The notes beneath the pieces are model-generated. The model searched no databases. It saw nothing but the letters and a program-made list of their open reading frames with translations, and was not told the DNA's origin. A stretch of DNA of 64,000 nt from Picochlorum sp. SENEW3 (Eukaryota): assembly GCA_034226945.1 (NCBI GenBank), contig CP120463.1, forward strand, positions 744,001-808,000, written 5' to 3'. Every line of letters starts with the position of its first letter. Position 1 is the first letter of the stretch. The translations under genes were made by a program, and so were the position numbers. Positions 23,666 to 35,457 of this stretch are shown here, in pieces.

Positions 23666-25525
23666 ATGTCTGTGTATGCAATAGTAGGGAAACAAACGGG
23701 CTCTCTGCCGTCTGCAGCAAGGCAACCAACAAGACGAAGAAATACACAACGCCGTGCCTATTCTCCAAATGCGACGCTTCGTGTCTATGCGGGGAAGAAA
23801 AACGATGCAAAGAATCGACAGCGTGGGTCAAAAAAGCCGGCGGATAAGAAGAAACACAATGGTTGGAAGATGAATTCCATGGCCACAGTCAAGAGCGACG
23901 AAACCATGTTGTTTCAGCCAGTACCTGGTAATGCCGATGCATTGACAGTTATATATGCATATCCAAATGATTATAGTGTCGGTATAACGTCACTGGGGTA
24001 TCAGCTCGTCTATGCATTCCTTGAGATGTCCAGTCTCGTCAATGTCACGAGAATGTTCACAGATGTCGGGGATCCTATGCCTCGTAACGATGTCGATCTG
24101 GTTGGATTTTCCTTTTCATGGGAGTTGGACTACTCGAACCTCATCGATATGCTTGGAGGGTTGGATATTCCAATCCTTGCAGCTGATAGGACTGACAAGC
24201 ACCCTATTGTCTTTGGCGGTGGTCCAGCGTTGACGGCGAATCCAGAGCCATTCGCTGCATTCTTTGATGTTGTACTTCTTGGAGATGGAGAGGAGATGTT
24301 GTCAAGCTTTATTCGTACGGTGCACGATGTGACACGAGATGGTGTTGTTGGTACCAGCAGGAGACGGAGGGAGAGCATCCTGTCCGCATTGGCAGCATGT
24401 CCTGGTATGTACATTCCTCAGTTCTACGAACCAGTGTATGATGGCATGACATTGGTGGATATACGGCCGATTCACCCGTCGGCGCAGGCGTATGTAGAGA
24501 AACAGACATATAGGGGTGGCACATTGGCATCTTCCACCATTGTGTCTCCTCGAATGGCATGGGAGAACATCTTCATGGCAGAAGTTGTTCGAAGCTGTCC
24601 AGAAATGTGTCGATTCTGTTTGGCGAGCTATCTTACGTTGCCCTTCCGGGCTGCCCCATTGGAAGGATCACTGATACCAACAATTGAAAAAGGGTTGCAA
24701 TACACTGATCGAATAGGGTTGTTGGGTGCGTCTGTCACCCAGCATCCAGAGTTTTCAGCATTATTAGAATGGCTTATGCAGCCAGAGAGAAGCCATGTGC
24801 GCCTGTCGATCGCAAGTGTTCGAACAAATACGGTGACTGAAGAGCTTGCCACAGCACTCAGTTCTAGAGGGACTCGGTCGCTGACAATTGCCGTGGAGAG
24901 CGGCTCGTCAAAAGTCAGGAGGATTGTGAATAAGAAATTAGAGCAAGAGGATATAGAAAAGGCGGCCGTCAATGCCCAGGCAGGAGGACTCCAGGCACTC
25001 AAGCTGTATGGGATGGCTGGGGTCCCAGGTGAAACAGAGCACGACATTGATGAAACCATCCAGATGATGACGTCGTTGAAAAAGGCTGCGCCGAAACTCA
25101 AGCTTACTCTTGGATGCAGTACATTTGTACCTAAAGCTCACACGCCCTTCCAGTGGAGAGGTGTTGATCCTGCTGCAGATAAGAGGCTGAAGCGAATGGA
25201 CAAGGAATTGAAAAAGCATGGCATCCAGTTCAGACCAGAGAGCTACAAATGGAGTGTCGTCCAAGCCCTTCTTTCGAGGGGGGACAGAAGGATGACTGAA
25301 ATGTTGCTGAGAGCAAAGAGCCTCGGTGACTCTCTGTCAACATTCAAAAGAGCTGCAAAAGAAGTCCCAGACATGCCCCCTCTGTCATACTATGCCCATG
25401 ATATCTATGACGATGACTGTGTCCTCCCTTGGCAGCATTTACATGGCCCATTGCCGATTGATACGCTACGAAAGCACTATAGAGAGGCAGAGGAAGAGAT
25501 TGTATCATCACAGGAGGCCTTATGA
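23666..25525 (+). CDS. Radical SAM protein with N-terminal B12-binding-like domain (cyanobacterial type, transit peptide)
   Basis: CPEMCRFC (CxxxCxxC), SLGYQ, GGPALTANPEP, DVVLLGDGE and FVPKAHTPFQW motifs. Confidence 0.88.
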   Translation: MSVYAIVGKQTGSLPSAARQPTRRRNTQRRAYSPNATLRVYAGKKNDAKNRQRGSKKPADKKKHNGWKMNSMATVKSDETMLFQPVPGNADALTVIYAYPNDYSVGITSLGYQLVYAFLEMSSLVNVTRMFTDVGDPMPRNDVDLVGFSFSWELDYSNLIDMLGGLDIPILAADRTDKHPIVFGGGPALTANPEPFAAFFDVVLLGDGEEMLSSFIRTVHDVTRDGVVGTSRRRRESILSALAACPGMYIPQFYEPVYDGMTLVDIRPIHPSAQAYVEKQTYRGGTLASSTIVSPRMAWENIFMAEVVRSCPEMCRFCLASYLTLPFRAAPLEGSLIPTIEKGLQYTDRIGLLGASVTQHPEFSALLEWLMQPERSHVRLSIASVRTNTVTEELATALSSRGTRSLTIAVESGSSKVRRIVNKKLEQEDIEKAAVNAQAGGLQALKLYGMAGVPGETEHDIDETIQMMTSLKKAAPKLKLTLGCSTFVPKAHTPFQWRGVDPAADKRLKRMDKELKKHGIQFRPESYKWSVVQALLSRGDRRMTEMLLRAKSLGDSLSTFKRAAKEVPDMPPLSYYAHDIYDDDCVLPWQHLHGPLPIDTLRKHYREAEEEIVSSQEAL

Positions 25526-25812
25526 TATTCTAGGATCCATCGACGCGGTCTTGTGCACTGCAGTCTGTAGTCTGTTTTGACTCAGCACATGGCATGGCTG
25601 CCAAGGTGACTTGACATGCATTTAAATTTCATATATTCATTTTTATCATATTAATTGGTTGGAATAGGTTTATTTCGAAGAAGATTGAGTCGTATTTGAA
25701 GACTTTTACAAAAGTGGACATGGTTTGGTCGTTCAACCCGTTCAAGGCCAGTATGACGTCATAGCATGGCACTGATTGTCTCTTTATCACCATAAATTAA
25801 ACATAGAGTGAT

Positions 25813-27261
25813 ATGAAGAGGTCAATATCGCTCTCCTGCCTATCGACGACGAAGGTGTCCTCACCACAGTCGTTAGGGGATATTGAGGGCGGTAAGACGG
25901 CACTCTTGCCTCCAGGGAGTGGCACTCACTCGAAAGGAAAACCATTTCATCGTCGTCATTCCAGTTCAAGTAGTATAGGGTGGCGGGATCGACAGTACTA
26001 TGGTCAGGGAAGAACCCGTGGAGAGCAGTGGGCCAGGGTGATTCTCATCTTGTGTATACTTGGAGGATGTTTGATATTTACTGGCGAACAGCCTGAAGCT
26101 GATGTGATTCGATCGATACAGATCATGTCCTTGAGTGAGGATGGGTGTGCGGAGGGCCTGGGGTTTCCAAAGATTGCCCTCTTGTTTTTGCTCAAGGGGC
26201 CCCTGTATCATGCGCGGACATGGGAACGGTGGTTGGAGGGAGCATCTGGCATGGTGCCTATTGAGCATGCGTGTCCTCGGCAGAAGAAGAATGGTACTCT
26301 AGGAGTTGGGATGGATGATGAGCTCCTTCTGGATGAATGCGTGGTTGGTCAGCATGTGTACAATGTCCATGTCCATCTCAGTGCAGAGTTGGATATAGTT
26401 GATGTGTTGGATGATACCTGGCGGCAATATGCTGAGAATGTGACGAGAGTGGTGACGAAATGGGGGCATCATTCATTGGTGGAGGCCACAAGGAATTTGC
26501 TGATGGCAGCCTTTAAGGATCCAGCGAATCAGCGTTTCATGCTGTTGAGCGAATCGCATATTCCGATCTGGGATGCCCTGACGGTGTATAGATTAAATAT
26601 GAATGAGCAAAGGTCATATATAAATTCATGGTGGCATGATGATATGAATGAGAATAGATGGACTAGAAAGATGGAGCCGGTTGTGCCTCTGCATCACTGG
26701 AGAAAGTCTCAGCAGTGGTTTTCGTTGATACGGAGTCATGTCTCGATCATCCTGCAGGATAAAAAAGTGTATAAAGCGTTTCATGATCACTGTGTATATG
26801 AGTGGGACTTTGATAATATGAAGCATAGAAAATGCTTTAGTGATGAGCATTATTTTGCAACGCTTTTGAGTATACAGGGTTTAGAAGGGGAAACTGTGCC
26901 GTTTTATGCAACCAATACCATGGTTGATTGGAGCGAGGGCGGTGCTCATCCACGCTCGTTTCGAGCAGAAGATGTGTCTGCGGATAGAATTAAAGACCGT
27001 CTGCGGTCACATCATGATTGCCCTATTACTCGGGAAGAACAAAAAACGACTCAAATCAGGGCAAAAAACTCATTCTTGCCATTTCAGAAGAAACTCAATT
27101 TTCAGGATATGTGCCGGCAATCAAGAGATCATAAAGACAATGCGACACACGTCAAATTGCCTGCTGGGTGTGCTTGTTTTGCTAGAAAGTTTGAACAGGA
27201 CACCACTGACGCTATATTCCGGCTTTTGTCTGACTGTGACCTTAATATATTTGCATGTTGA
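25813..27261 (+). CDS. GT14-like / DUF266 glycosyltransferase (core-2/I-branching family), type II membrane
   Basis: TM anchor, KIALLFL, WG..SLVEA, NQRFMLLSESHIP, WRKSQQW, DEHYF and FARKF motifs. Confidence 0.88.
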   Translation: MKRSISLSCLSTTKVSSPQSLGDIEGGKTALLPPGSGTHSKGKPFHRRHSSSSSIGWRDRQYYGQGRTRGEQWARVILILCILGGCLIFTGEQPEADVIRSIQIMSLSEDGCAEGLGFPKIALLFLLKGPLYHARTWERWLEGASGMVPIEHACPRQKKNGTLGVGMDDELLLDECVVGQHVYNVHVHLSAELDIVDVLDDTWRQYAENVTRVVTKWGHHSLVEATRNLLMAAFKDPANQRFMLLSESHIPIWDALTVYRLNMNEQRSYINSWWHDDMNENRWTRKMEPVVPLHHWRKSQQWFSLIRSHVSIILQDKKVYKAFHDHCVYEWDFDNMKHRKCFSDEHYFATLLSIQGLEGETVPFYATNTMVDWSEGGAHPRSFRAEDVSADRIKDRLRSHHDCPITREEQKTTQIRAKNSFLPFQKKLNFQDMCRQSRDHKDNATHVKLPAGCACFARKFEQDTTDAIFRLLSDCDLNIFAC

Positions 27262-27270
27262 CAGATTTAA

Positions 27271-28146
27271 TTATTCATGTTCCATTCCAATAGCTTCTCC
27301 CAACACACGAGTGGCCTCTAAAGCGGTTTCTACACTCAAACTATCCGCTGTGAACTGAGTCTCCTCCAGCTCGCGAGCGAGTTTATTGATCCATCGAATG
27401 GCAGCATCCATGTTCTCAATCTCACACTCCTGTTCCGACGTAAAGAATCCATATCGAAGCACAAGCTTTTTTACTTTCTGTATTACTTCAGTCTCCTTGT
27501 CGTTTATGGTTCTCGTGTCGTCAAATGGCAATTGCTTGACGTCTGTCACCCTCGATGACATTGGCAATGATTCTCCATAATAGAATGACAGGCTCCTATG
27601 TATACTGGATCCATGCCGACCAAAAGACACTGTTCTATCGGCAAGATGCAAAATGGCCGAGATTATACCCGCAAATGTGAGTCGCTGAGTAGCATTCCAA
27701 GTGTTCATTCCAATGTGCTGTGCAAATGATGAAGAGGACAGGAGACTTGGTTCCATACAAAAACTCATCAGGAGCGGAACAATCAGAAAAGTGAATACAT
27801 GTAACACTCGAGCTACGAGTTTCCATATATGAACTAGTACGGCTGATTTGAAAATGTAATATACTGGACAAAATAAGAAGCATTTGAATATTTTTGCAAC
27901 ACAGTGCTCAGGGCCCTTGCAGAAACCTTGCATGCCACCAGACGCCTTTGCTTTCGTCAAAAGCTTGTGATACTCATCCACTGCTCGAGATAGTCCCATA
28001 TGGTGGAGATCTTCATAACTTACAGTGCGGCCATGCGAACGATAGCCCACATTTCGAGAGGCTTTTGCCGCTGAAGATGGGGTTCCTCGTCTACTCGTGT
28101 TTTCAGGCGGTGACCCGCCGTTTAACCTTGAATTACCTCCGTCCAT
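27271..28146 (-). CDS. Hypothetical membrane protein
   Basis: 291-aa ORF with central hydrophobic segments. No family recognised. Confidence 0.6.
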   Translation of the reverse strand: MDGGNSRLNGGSPPENTSRRGTPSSAAKASRNVGYRSHGRTVSYEDLHHMGLSRAVDEYHKLLTKAKASGGMQGFCKGPEHCVAKIFKCFLFCPVYYIFKSAVLVHIWKLVARVLHVFTFLIVPLLMSFCMEPSLLSSSSFAQHIGMNTWNATQRLTFAGIISAILHLADRTVSFGRHGSSIHRSLSFYYGESLPMSSRVTDVKQLPFDDTRTINDKETEVIQKVKKLVLRYGFFTSEQECEIENMDAAIRWINKLARELEETQFTADSLSVETALEATRVLGEAIGMEHE

Positions 28147-28520
28147 TATTCATACTAACTTTTTATAATGGTTCAGTGTGAGCCCAACGATGAGTGTCAC
28201 AGCGGGGGTGCTCTACACGAGGAGGGCAAGTCAACCACGCCAACTGGAACCTAATATTCCTTGCAGCCGTCCCCCAAGTATTTTCTACCAAGTCACCACA
28301 ATTCAAAAACAATTTTATTCTGATTTAATGCGTGATATGGAGAATACAAGGACTTTTGGACGTGATGGACGCAAAATTACTTTTGTTCTTTTTACGGAAT
28401 TTCTCGTCGAATGAGGCCTGGAGGCGTACTGTGTCACAAATATGGTTGTTCTAATCCATTATTTACACTTGCGTACTTCTATTACTCCCAAGGCCCTGGT
28501 ATTCTGAGACATCCGAGGCT

Positions 28521-30090
28521 ATGGTGGAGCAAAATGGGGCGAAGAAGGCGAAATATTCGTTCACGCCTGTGCCCAAGGAATGGAACCTGGAATTTCCTAC
28601 TAAAGGAGAAACAACAGAAAAAAGTAACATATCCGGGGGCTGCAGAAGAATAGAGGATGCATACGAGAGGATTTGCCACTTGGGCCAAGGGACTTATGGG
28701 GAGGTGTTTAAAGCAAAGGACAAGGAGACTGGGGAAGTTGTCGCTGTCAAAAAGATTAAAATGGAGAACGAAAAGGAAGGATTTCCTATTACAGCAGTGA
28801 GGGAGATAAAGATTCTCTCCAAATTGGCAGCAAGTGAGGATAAATTCAATGGTGAATTGATGAAGTCAAATATCATTCGACTGAGAGAAATTGTTAGATC
28901 AGATGGTAAGTGCGCGCATGGTTGTCTTTTTTTTGCAATTTGTTTTGCAATGCATTGCAATTTATGGTATGTATGTATGTACAGGCTCGGAGGAGAATGA
29001 CTTCAAAGGCAGTGTGTACATGGTATTCGATTACATGGAACATGATCTTGCAGGACTTTTGGATAGAGCAAACCAGGTTAGGTTGGCTGATGCTACTGCT
29101 CGAGGTCTAGCACCACACAAGGCCAATCCTCCGTTTTTACCTGGCCAGGTGAAACGGTATATGAAGCAGCTGCTTGCTGGATTGGCACTGTTGAAAAACC
29201 ATAGGATTCTGCATAGAGATTTGAAGAATGCCAATTTATTAGTGGGTAACAATGGGCAGCTGAAGATTGCTGATTTTGGATTGGCAAGAAGTTTCTATGC
29301 TAAGAAAGCAACAGATGATAAAGATGGCCTCAAGCCTGATACATCAAATGCTACATCTATCAATACAATGACCAATCGGGTGATCACACTGTGGTATAGG
29401 CCTCCAGAATTATGTTTAGGAACGGAACACTACGGATATGAGGTTGACATATGGAGTGCAGGATGTATTCTTGTAGAAATGCTGACCGGCAGGCCACTCT
29501 TTCCAGGAAAAGATGAAGTGGAGCAGGTAAAATTGATTTGTCATGTTTTGGGCATGCCTGATGAGAATTCAATGCCCGGATGTACCACATGGAAAGAGTG
29601 CGTGATTGATTCCTAATGTTGTATGTGTTTCACCGCCGGCCATCTTATCTTAGTGTATCCTTTCTGCAGTTACGATAAGATTATGATGAGTCTGTCTGGA
29701 ACTCACTTTAGAAATTCCTCCAATCTCCGCAGTGTGCTGCAAAATAGAGGAATACAAGATCCATACGCATTGGATTTGATCGAAAAATTACTCTATCTGA
29801 ATCCAAAGAGAAGGATACAAGCAATTGAAGCAGCGAAGCATGAATGGTTCGCAGCCGAGCCCAGAATGCTTCCTCTCGAAGAAATGCCTCGATATGAGGA
29901 ATCTCATGAAGCTGCCATGAAGACTAAAAGGGCAGAGAAAAAAGCCGCAAGGATCGAACCGCCGGGACACCAATCATATGGACAACAACCTAAAGTATAT
30001 GGTACTTTTGGTGGCCACAGCCAGGACAGTCAGTTTTCCCAAGGACGAAGTCAGAGATCGATGCCCAAATGGCATGAAGAGCGTCGGTAA
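28521..30090 (+). CDS. CDKC: Cyclin-dependent kinase C (CDK9-like)
   Basis: GQGTYG, EKEGFPITAVRE, HRDLK, DFGLAR and TNRVITLWYRPPE motifs. Two introns. Confidence 0.92.
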
Positions 30091-30157
30091 ACACAGATTG
30101 TACATGTGTCATGTTACAATACACGAATACACATAGCATGAAACAAATAGAAATTTC

Positions 30158-31796
30158 TCACTTGTCTTTCTTTTTCAGGCTCAAGTGATTCAAACTCCAA
30201 ACATAGTCAACGGGCCTCTTGTATCCAGTACGGTTCAACAACACATCTGCCTCTGCTGGACCACGGCTTCCAAACTCGTACTCATGGATAGGAACCTTGC
30301 CTTCATCAATTGCATTCAATAGTGGTGTGAATATACTCCACGCGGCCCTCAACTCATCCCTCCGGAGAAAATGCTGCTGATCCCCTCGAATGGCCTCCAA
30401 GATGAGTCCTGAGTATGCATCAGGAATGACGACACCAGGGAATCGACGTCTATAATCGAGATCGAGTTCACTCATTTCAGTCCCCATATCCAATCCTGGA
30501 GATTTAACCACAATCTTTGCATAAATTGCTTCATCAGGCTGGAGCCGCACCACAATCTCATTGCGGAGGTACTCGGCATCTCCTGGGAAAATGAATGTTG
30601 GAGGCTGCCGCAGCTGGATCCGAATATCTGCCTTTCTCTGACTCAACGCCTTCCCTGCTTTAATAATAAACGGAACTCCAGCCCATCTATCATTGTTAAT
30701 ACCAAGTATCATGGATGCAAACGTTGGCGTCTTTGACCCTTCTGGCACCGTGGGATCATCCAAATATCCCGGCTCTGTCCCTTTCCCAACATACTGTCCA
30801 AGAACACAATCTTCCGGCCGGACCGGACGAACAGATCGCAACAACTTCAACTTTTCATCCCTAATATCATCAGGATGCAACGTTGCAGGCTTTTCCATGG
30901 CAACAAAGGCAAGTATCTGACTCAAATGCGTTGCAATCATATCCCTAATGATTCCAAAGCTATCAAAATACCCACCTCTCCCTTGTGTCCCAAAATCCTC
31001 TTTAAACGTAATTTGAACAGACGCTATATTCTCTCGAGACCATAGAAGGCTAAACAGGGTATTCGAAAACCTCAAAACGAACAAATTCTGAAGCATTTCC
31101 TTCCCCAAATAGTGATCAATTCTGTACAACTGCTCCTCTGGGTACAATGCCCCCAATTGCTCTGCCAACTCTTCAGCCGAATCAGTATCTCTTCCAAATG
31201 GCTTTTCAATAATAATTCGAATCCAATTAGAATCCACATCAGAGATACTGTCGCAATGCTGTTTCAGCCCCTTGCACACAGTTGGATACACTGTGGGAGG
31301 CAGTGCCAGATAATACAACCGCCCCAGAGGTGAGCCAGGATGCTGTGCCTCAATACCAGCCAACACCGCTTCCAGCTTCTGAAACCCCGAATCTTCATCG
31401 TACGAACCAGCAACATACGTACAAATTCCAAGAAACGCCCGAACATCATCCTCAGAACCCTTCAAGTGGGGAGACACCCTGTCCCTCAACTCTTCATTTG
31501 TCAACGAGGATCGAGCATACCCAATAATATGCGTATTTTCTGGAAGAAACTTGTTTTTAAATAGAAAATACAGTGCCGGATATGTCTTTTTCTTGGCCAA
31601 ATCACCCGAAGCCCCTGCAAACACGCCATGCGATGATCGAATCCAAGCAAACCGAATGATTTTCTCACATTCAAACCCACGCCATACCAGCCACAACAAT
31701 ACTTAGACATATATTATTTCGAGAATCTGGTTCCCATGCACATCTATCAGAGGAAGAAACCTTTCTGTGGACTGCTGTTTTCTCACTCGCTGCCAT
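30158..31796 (-). CDS. G6PD: Glucose-6-phosphate dehydrogenase
   Basis: GASGDLAKKK, EKPFG, RIDHYLGKE and GRGGYFD motifs. First exon from ATG 31796 (MAASEK...SIVVAG) is spliced to ASGDL. Confidence 0.96.
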
Positions 31797-31827
31797 GGTT
31801 CCTTGCTATTATTATTACATGCGATTC

Positions 31828-33045
31828 CTATATTTTTTTAACAATTTGGACAATATCTTCGTCCTCTAAAACGTGTTCTTTGCCAACCCTCTGAGGACGA
31901 TGCTTTGCTGACGTGCCCCAGACAAGAGCATACTTGAACTGCTTGATGATGGCCTTGTGCAATTTATTGCAAAACTGTTCCACAGTGCATTTATCTGATG
32001 GCAACACAACCGGATCTGACCAATCTGGTAATTTTCCTTTCGGTTTCGTATAAACACGAGTGAGATTCAAATATCTCCAAATCATCTCCACAAGGCCATC
32101 CAAGTTCCATTCATGGAAGGATGAGACGGGGCAGTAATGGGGCAGTTTGGACATGACCTTGAGCTCTTCTAACGTAATCTGATCAATCTTGTTGATGGCA
32201 TAAATACATGGGATATAAATTCGACTTCCTTCAATGACATCAACGACATCGTCCACCTCATAATCGCCCCTCATGTGGATGTCTGCATTGTGAATTCTGT
32301 ACTCTCCCAAGACTCGTTTGACAGTATCCAGGTCAACCTTGGGATCAGACACCGTCGTGGTGAAATTAATGCCGCCCTTGTCTTTCTTCTTAAACGTAAT
32401 CTCTGGCGGCTTTTTATTCAATCGGATTCCAAATCCTTCCAACTCGTGCTCGATCAATCGCTTGTGGGTGATGGGCTTGAGGCAGTCCAGGACAATAATA
32501 ATCAAACTACAGGTCCTGGCGGTGGCAATGACCTGTCTACCTCTACCTTTACCGTCCTTGGCTCCCTCAATAATACCCGGGAGATCTAATAATTGAATTT
32601 TCGCGCCTCTATACCGAATCATTCCAGGGACACACGTCAGCGTGGTGAATTCATACGCTGCAGCCTCTGAAAATGTCCCAGTCAGTTTGGTCAGCAGAGT
32701 CGACTTTCCAACAGACGGAAACCCGACCATACCCACTCGCGCATCTCCGACTTTATTCACTTCAAATCCATCTCCTTTTCCACCACCTCCACCTCCACCA
32801 GAAGGCTCAATGAGCTCTCTACGCAGTTTGGCAAGCTTCGCCTTGAGCATTCCCAAATGCCCTGCTGTAGCTTTATTCTTCTGTGTTCTGGCCATTTCGG
32901 CCTCAATTTCGGCAATTTTCTGCACAATAAAAACAAAAATAATGGTAAGAGATTGACCCAGTGCGGATGGAAGGCGACTGACATGAATTCAGCACCATGT
33001 TTGTTGCATAAAAATAATACCTCGACGCACCTGAAGGACACTCAT
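31828..33045 (-). CDS. DRG: Developmentally regulated GTP-binding protein (DRG1-like)
   Basis: [27 protein letters not shown] and NKID motifs, TGS domain. First exon MSVLQ at 33045. Confidence 0.96.
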
Positions 33046-33960
33046 GGCTCACAAATACCTATGTTAGTATGAAAGATACCAGTAGTAGTAGCTGTAAACG
33101 CAGCTATACTGCGAGCAAATTCTGAAAAAGACACGAATTACTTGTGTCAAAAAAGACAGCCGTCACCGAACCAGGCTATTCTCCTTTCGGATATGGTATT
33201 GGTGAAACAAATATTACAATACAGATATGACGTAGAGGGGCATCAATGGCCAGATTGCAGAAAGAAAACTCGGACGAACTGTAGGCAATCCTTACCTACC
33301 TGGAAAGGTGATGGAGGTGATGTCTGCTGACCAGCCCCTGGTGGACCATCAGCACATGTCTCTTGTCTTGCCATCTGCTGGTGGTTACAGATTGGCAAAT
33401 GACTGTCAACAGGAGATGGTGGATCAAGGGCGTGTGTGGACGTGTATATAGATGATGGAGTTGAAAAATCCTAGAGTATTTTTGGGTCCTTAATACAGAC
33501 ATTACAGTCATCACACATTGTCATCTCCCATAGATAGATGTGGCTCACTCCTCAAGTGCATGCTACTGTGTATAGATCGATACATAGATAGATAGATATC
33601 GATCATGTAGCAGCTGAAGCGTTGGATCTATCAAGTACAGTGCGGCCATGCATGCCATGCTGGCAGCAACGCTGCATCTGCTGTGGAATACGGATGAGAT
33701 ACCATGCAAAGAATACAACTGTATATTACATTTTTAACATGTACACAATTAATGGGGAGTGACCTCATAGTGTGCTTTCTAGTTTATAGTAGAAACTCCT
33801 TTCAGAGAAGAAAAGATGCTACATGGCCAGCAATGGGTTTCCTATTCAAGTGTCTATATAGCATCATTTCTTCTTCATTCATTGGATGCTCTTGTTGATT
33901 GATACACAATAAGGTACGTACGTTGTGATCTGTGACAATATATATAGATAGGCAATGAGA

Positions 33961-34046
33961 GTGATGTGATGATTTCCAACCATAATCAACATGGCTGATT
34001 CTGATGCTGAAATAACGGATATTCATGCACCACCACTCTGATCACT
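33961..34046 (+). ncRNA. Box C/D snoRNA (18S guide, U33/snR55-like) in intron 33914-34143 of a non-coding host
   Basis: Box C GTGATGA 33966-72, D' CTGA 33995-98, box D CTGA 34038-41. 17/18-bp terminal inverted repeat (33948-33965 / 34041-34058). Guide ATGCACCACCAC is complementary to conserved 18S GUGGUGGUGCAU. Confidence 0.88.
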
Positions 34047-34263
34047 CCCATTGCCTATTTGATGATGTTTTCTAGTAGTTGCTCGATGTTTACATAATTA
34101 ATATATGGGTGTGGGATTTCAATGAAGTATTGTTGCTATGCAGGCCTGCTTTTCTTCATAATACGTATAATGAGTATGAATTGTTTCTTGTAACTCCTTC
34201 ACCAAAAGAAAAAAAAACACGGATGTTGGTATTTTATTTTTCATGATGATGATGATGCATGCA

Positions 34264-35457
34264 TCATATTATCATATCAGGCTGCGCAGCCTGGGATGAC
34301 TTCTTCTTTCTGGGTCTCCCAACAGGGGCTCTGGGCACATTGCTCTTCAAAACCTTTTGTTCGTAGACATTCCTCACTTGTTGACTTGAAATATTGCCAA
34401 GTATTGGACCATTGTACCGAGCACGGAGAGATTGGGCGGCCTTTGAATACAGCGAATCAGGCCAACGCTCTTTTGCCTCCTCAACTGCTTTTCGAACTTG
34501 CTCAATTTGCTTGTCTGTCCATTTGTGGTTTTCACCACACTGCCTGTTCTGCTTGGTCAAATACTTGATATTGACCTTTCCACCAACTTTTCCCAACGCT
34601 TCTGTCAGCTTGGAGAAGTGCGTAGCATGAACATCCACACCAGCACTTCTCTTGCTGAAATCACGCAACTTGTCAAACTCGACGAGATTCAGTCTAGCGA
34701 CATCTCTTTCAACCATCTCTTCAATAATTACTTTCCCTATAATACCTTTCTCTCGTATATATTTCTTCGCGTCTTTCAACATCATGGAATCGACCTGCTC
34801 GCTATCGATGAATGCCAGGCGAAGAAAAACCTCCATGCCAGGTGTAAAAGCAGACGCCTTCTTCCCAGCACAATGTTCCTCATTCCGTTCTTCAACTCGC
34901 TCAGTTGTTGTTTCAACTACAGAGACATCTTTGTTTTCTTCTTGTCTTGTCTCATTGCAATCCACATTCTCTGAGACATGACCAACAACAGGCTTGAAAA
35001 AGCTTGTCAATGCCCGCTGGCTTTTCTTCCTACTCGCGTTTTCCTCCTCCAAATCTTTTGCCGTATGCTCTGCCTTTGACAATTTTCTTCCCTCCTTTTT
35101 CTCTCGTTCTTCCCATCGACGTTCAGTTTCTTTCCGTTGCCTCTCTTGCCGTGCCTGCCACTCTTGGTGCTGTGCCTCTCTCCTGGCCTCTCTCTCCGCA
35201 TCAGATATAGCCGCAGATTGCCTCGCCTTCTGCCTCTCCCTCCTTCGCATTCGTTCTATAGTCGACTGTTTCACCTTGGTTCCACCAACGTGAACGTACA
35301 CATCACCAGTGAAATCGCAAGGGTCTCCAGAAACTTCAATATACACACCGTCTGAAGACTGCGTTACAGAAGTAACCTCACATCCCGTAACTGTCAAAGT
35401 ATTTTCTTTTCCAACTTGGCAATCAGTTGCATCGGCTTGTTGCCTCGTATCCGCCAT
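34264..35457 (-). CDS. Orphan protein with charged coiled coil, PIP box, HTH/Myb-like domain and AT-hook
   Basis: Intronless 397-aa ORF. QRALTSFF; KWTDKQIEQV...ISSQQVRNVY; VGRPRKK. Confidence 0.65.
   Translation of the reverse strand: MADTRQQADATDCQVGKENTLTVTGCEVTSVTQSSDGVYIEVSGDPCDFTGDVYVHVGGTKVKQSTIERMRRRERQKARQSAAISDAEREARREAQHQEWQARQERQRKETERRWEEREKKEGRKLSKAEHTAKDLEEENASRKKSQRALTSFFKPVVGHVSENVDCNETRQEENKDVSVVETTTERVEERNEEHCAGKKASAFTPGMEVFLRLAFIDSEQVDSMMLKDAKKYIREKGIIGKVIIEEMVERDVARLNLVEFDKLRDFSKRSAGVDVHATHFSKLTEALGKVGGKVNIKYLTKQNRQCGENHKWTDKQIEQVRKAVEEAKERWPDSLYSKAAQSLRARYNGPILGNISSQQVRNVYEQKVLKSNVPRAPVGRPRKKKSSQAAQPDMII

Noticed and set aside
33317..33420. Minus-strand hairpin-AGACAA-hairpin-ACA resembling an H/ACA RNA
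   Set aside because: The second hairpin has only a one-sided bulge and no pseudouridylation pocket, and no target was found.
34060..34143. Second TGATGA box C in the snoRNA intron
   Set aside because: No downstream CTGA box D before the acceptor.
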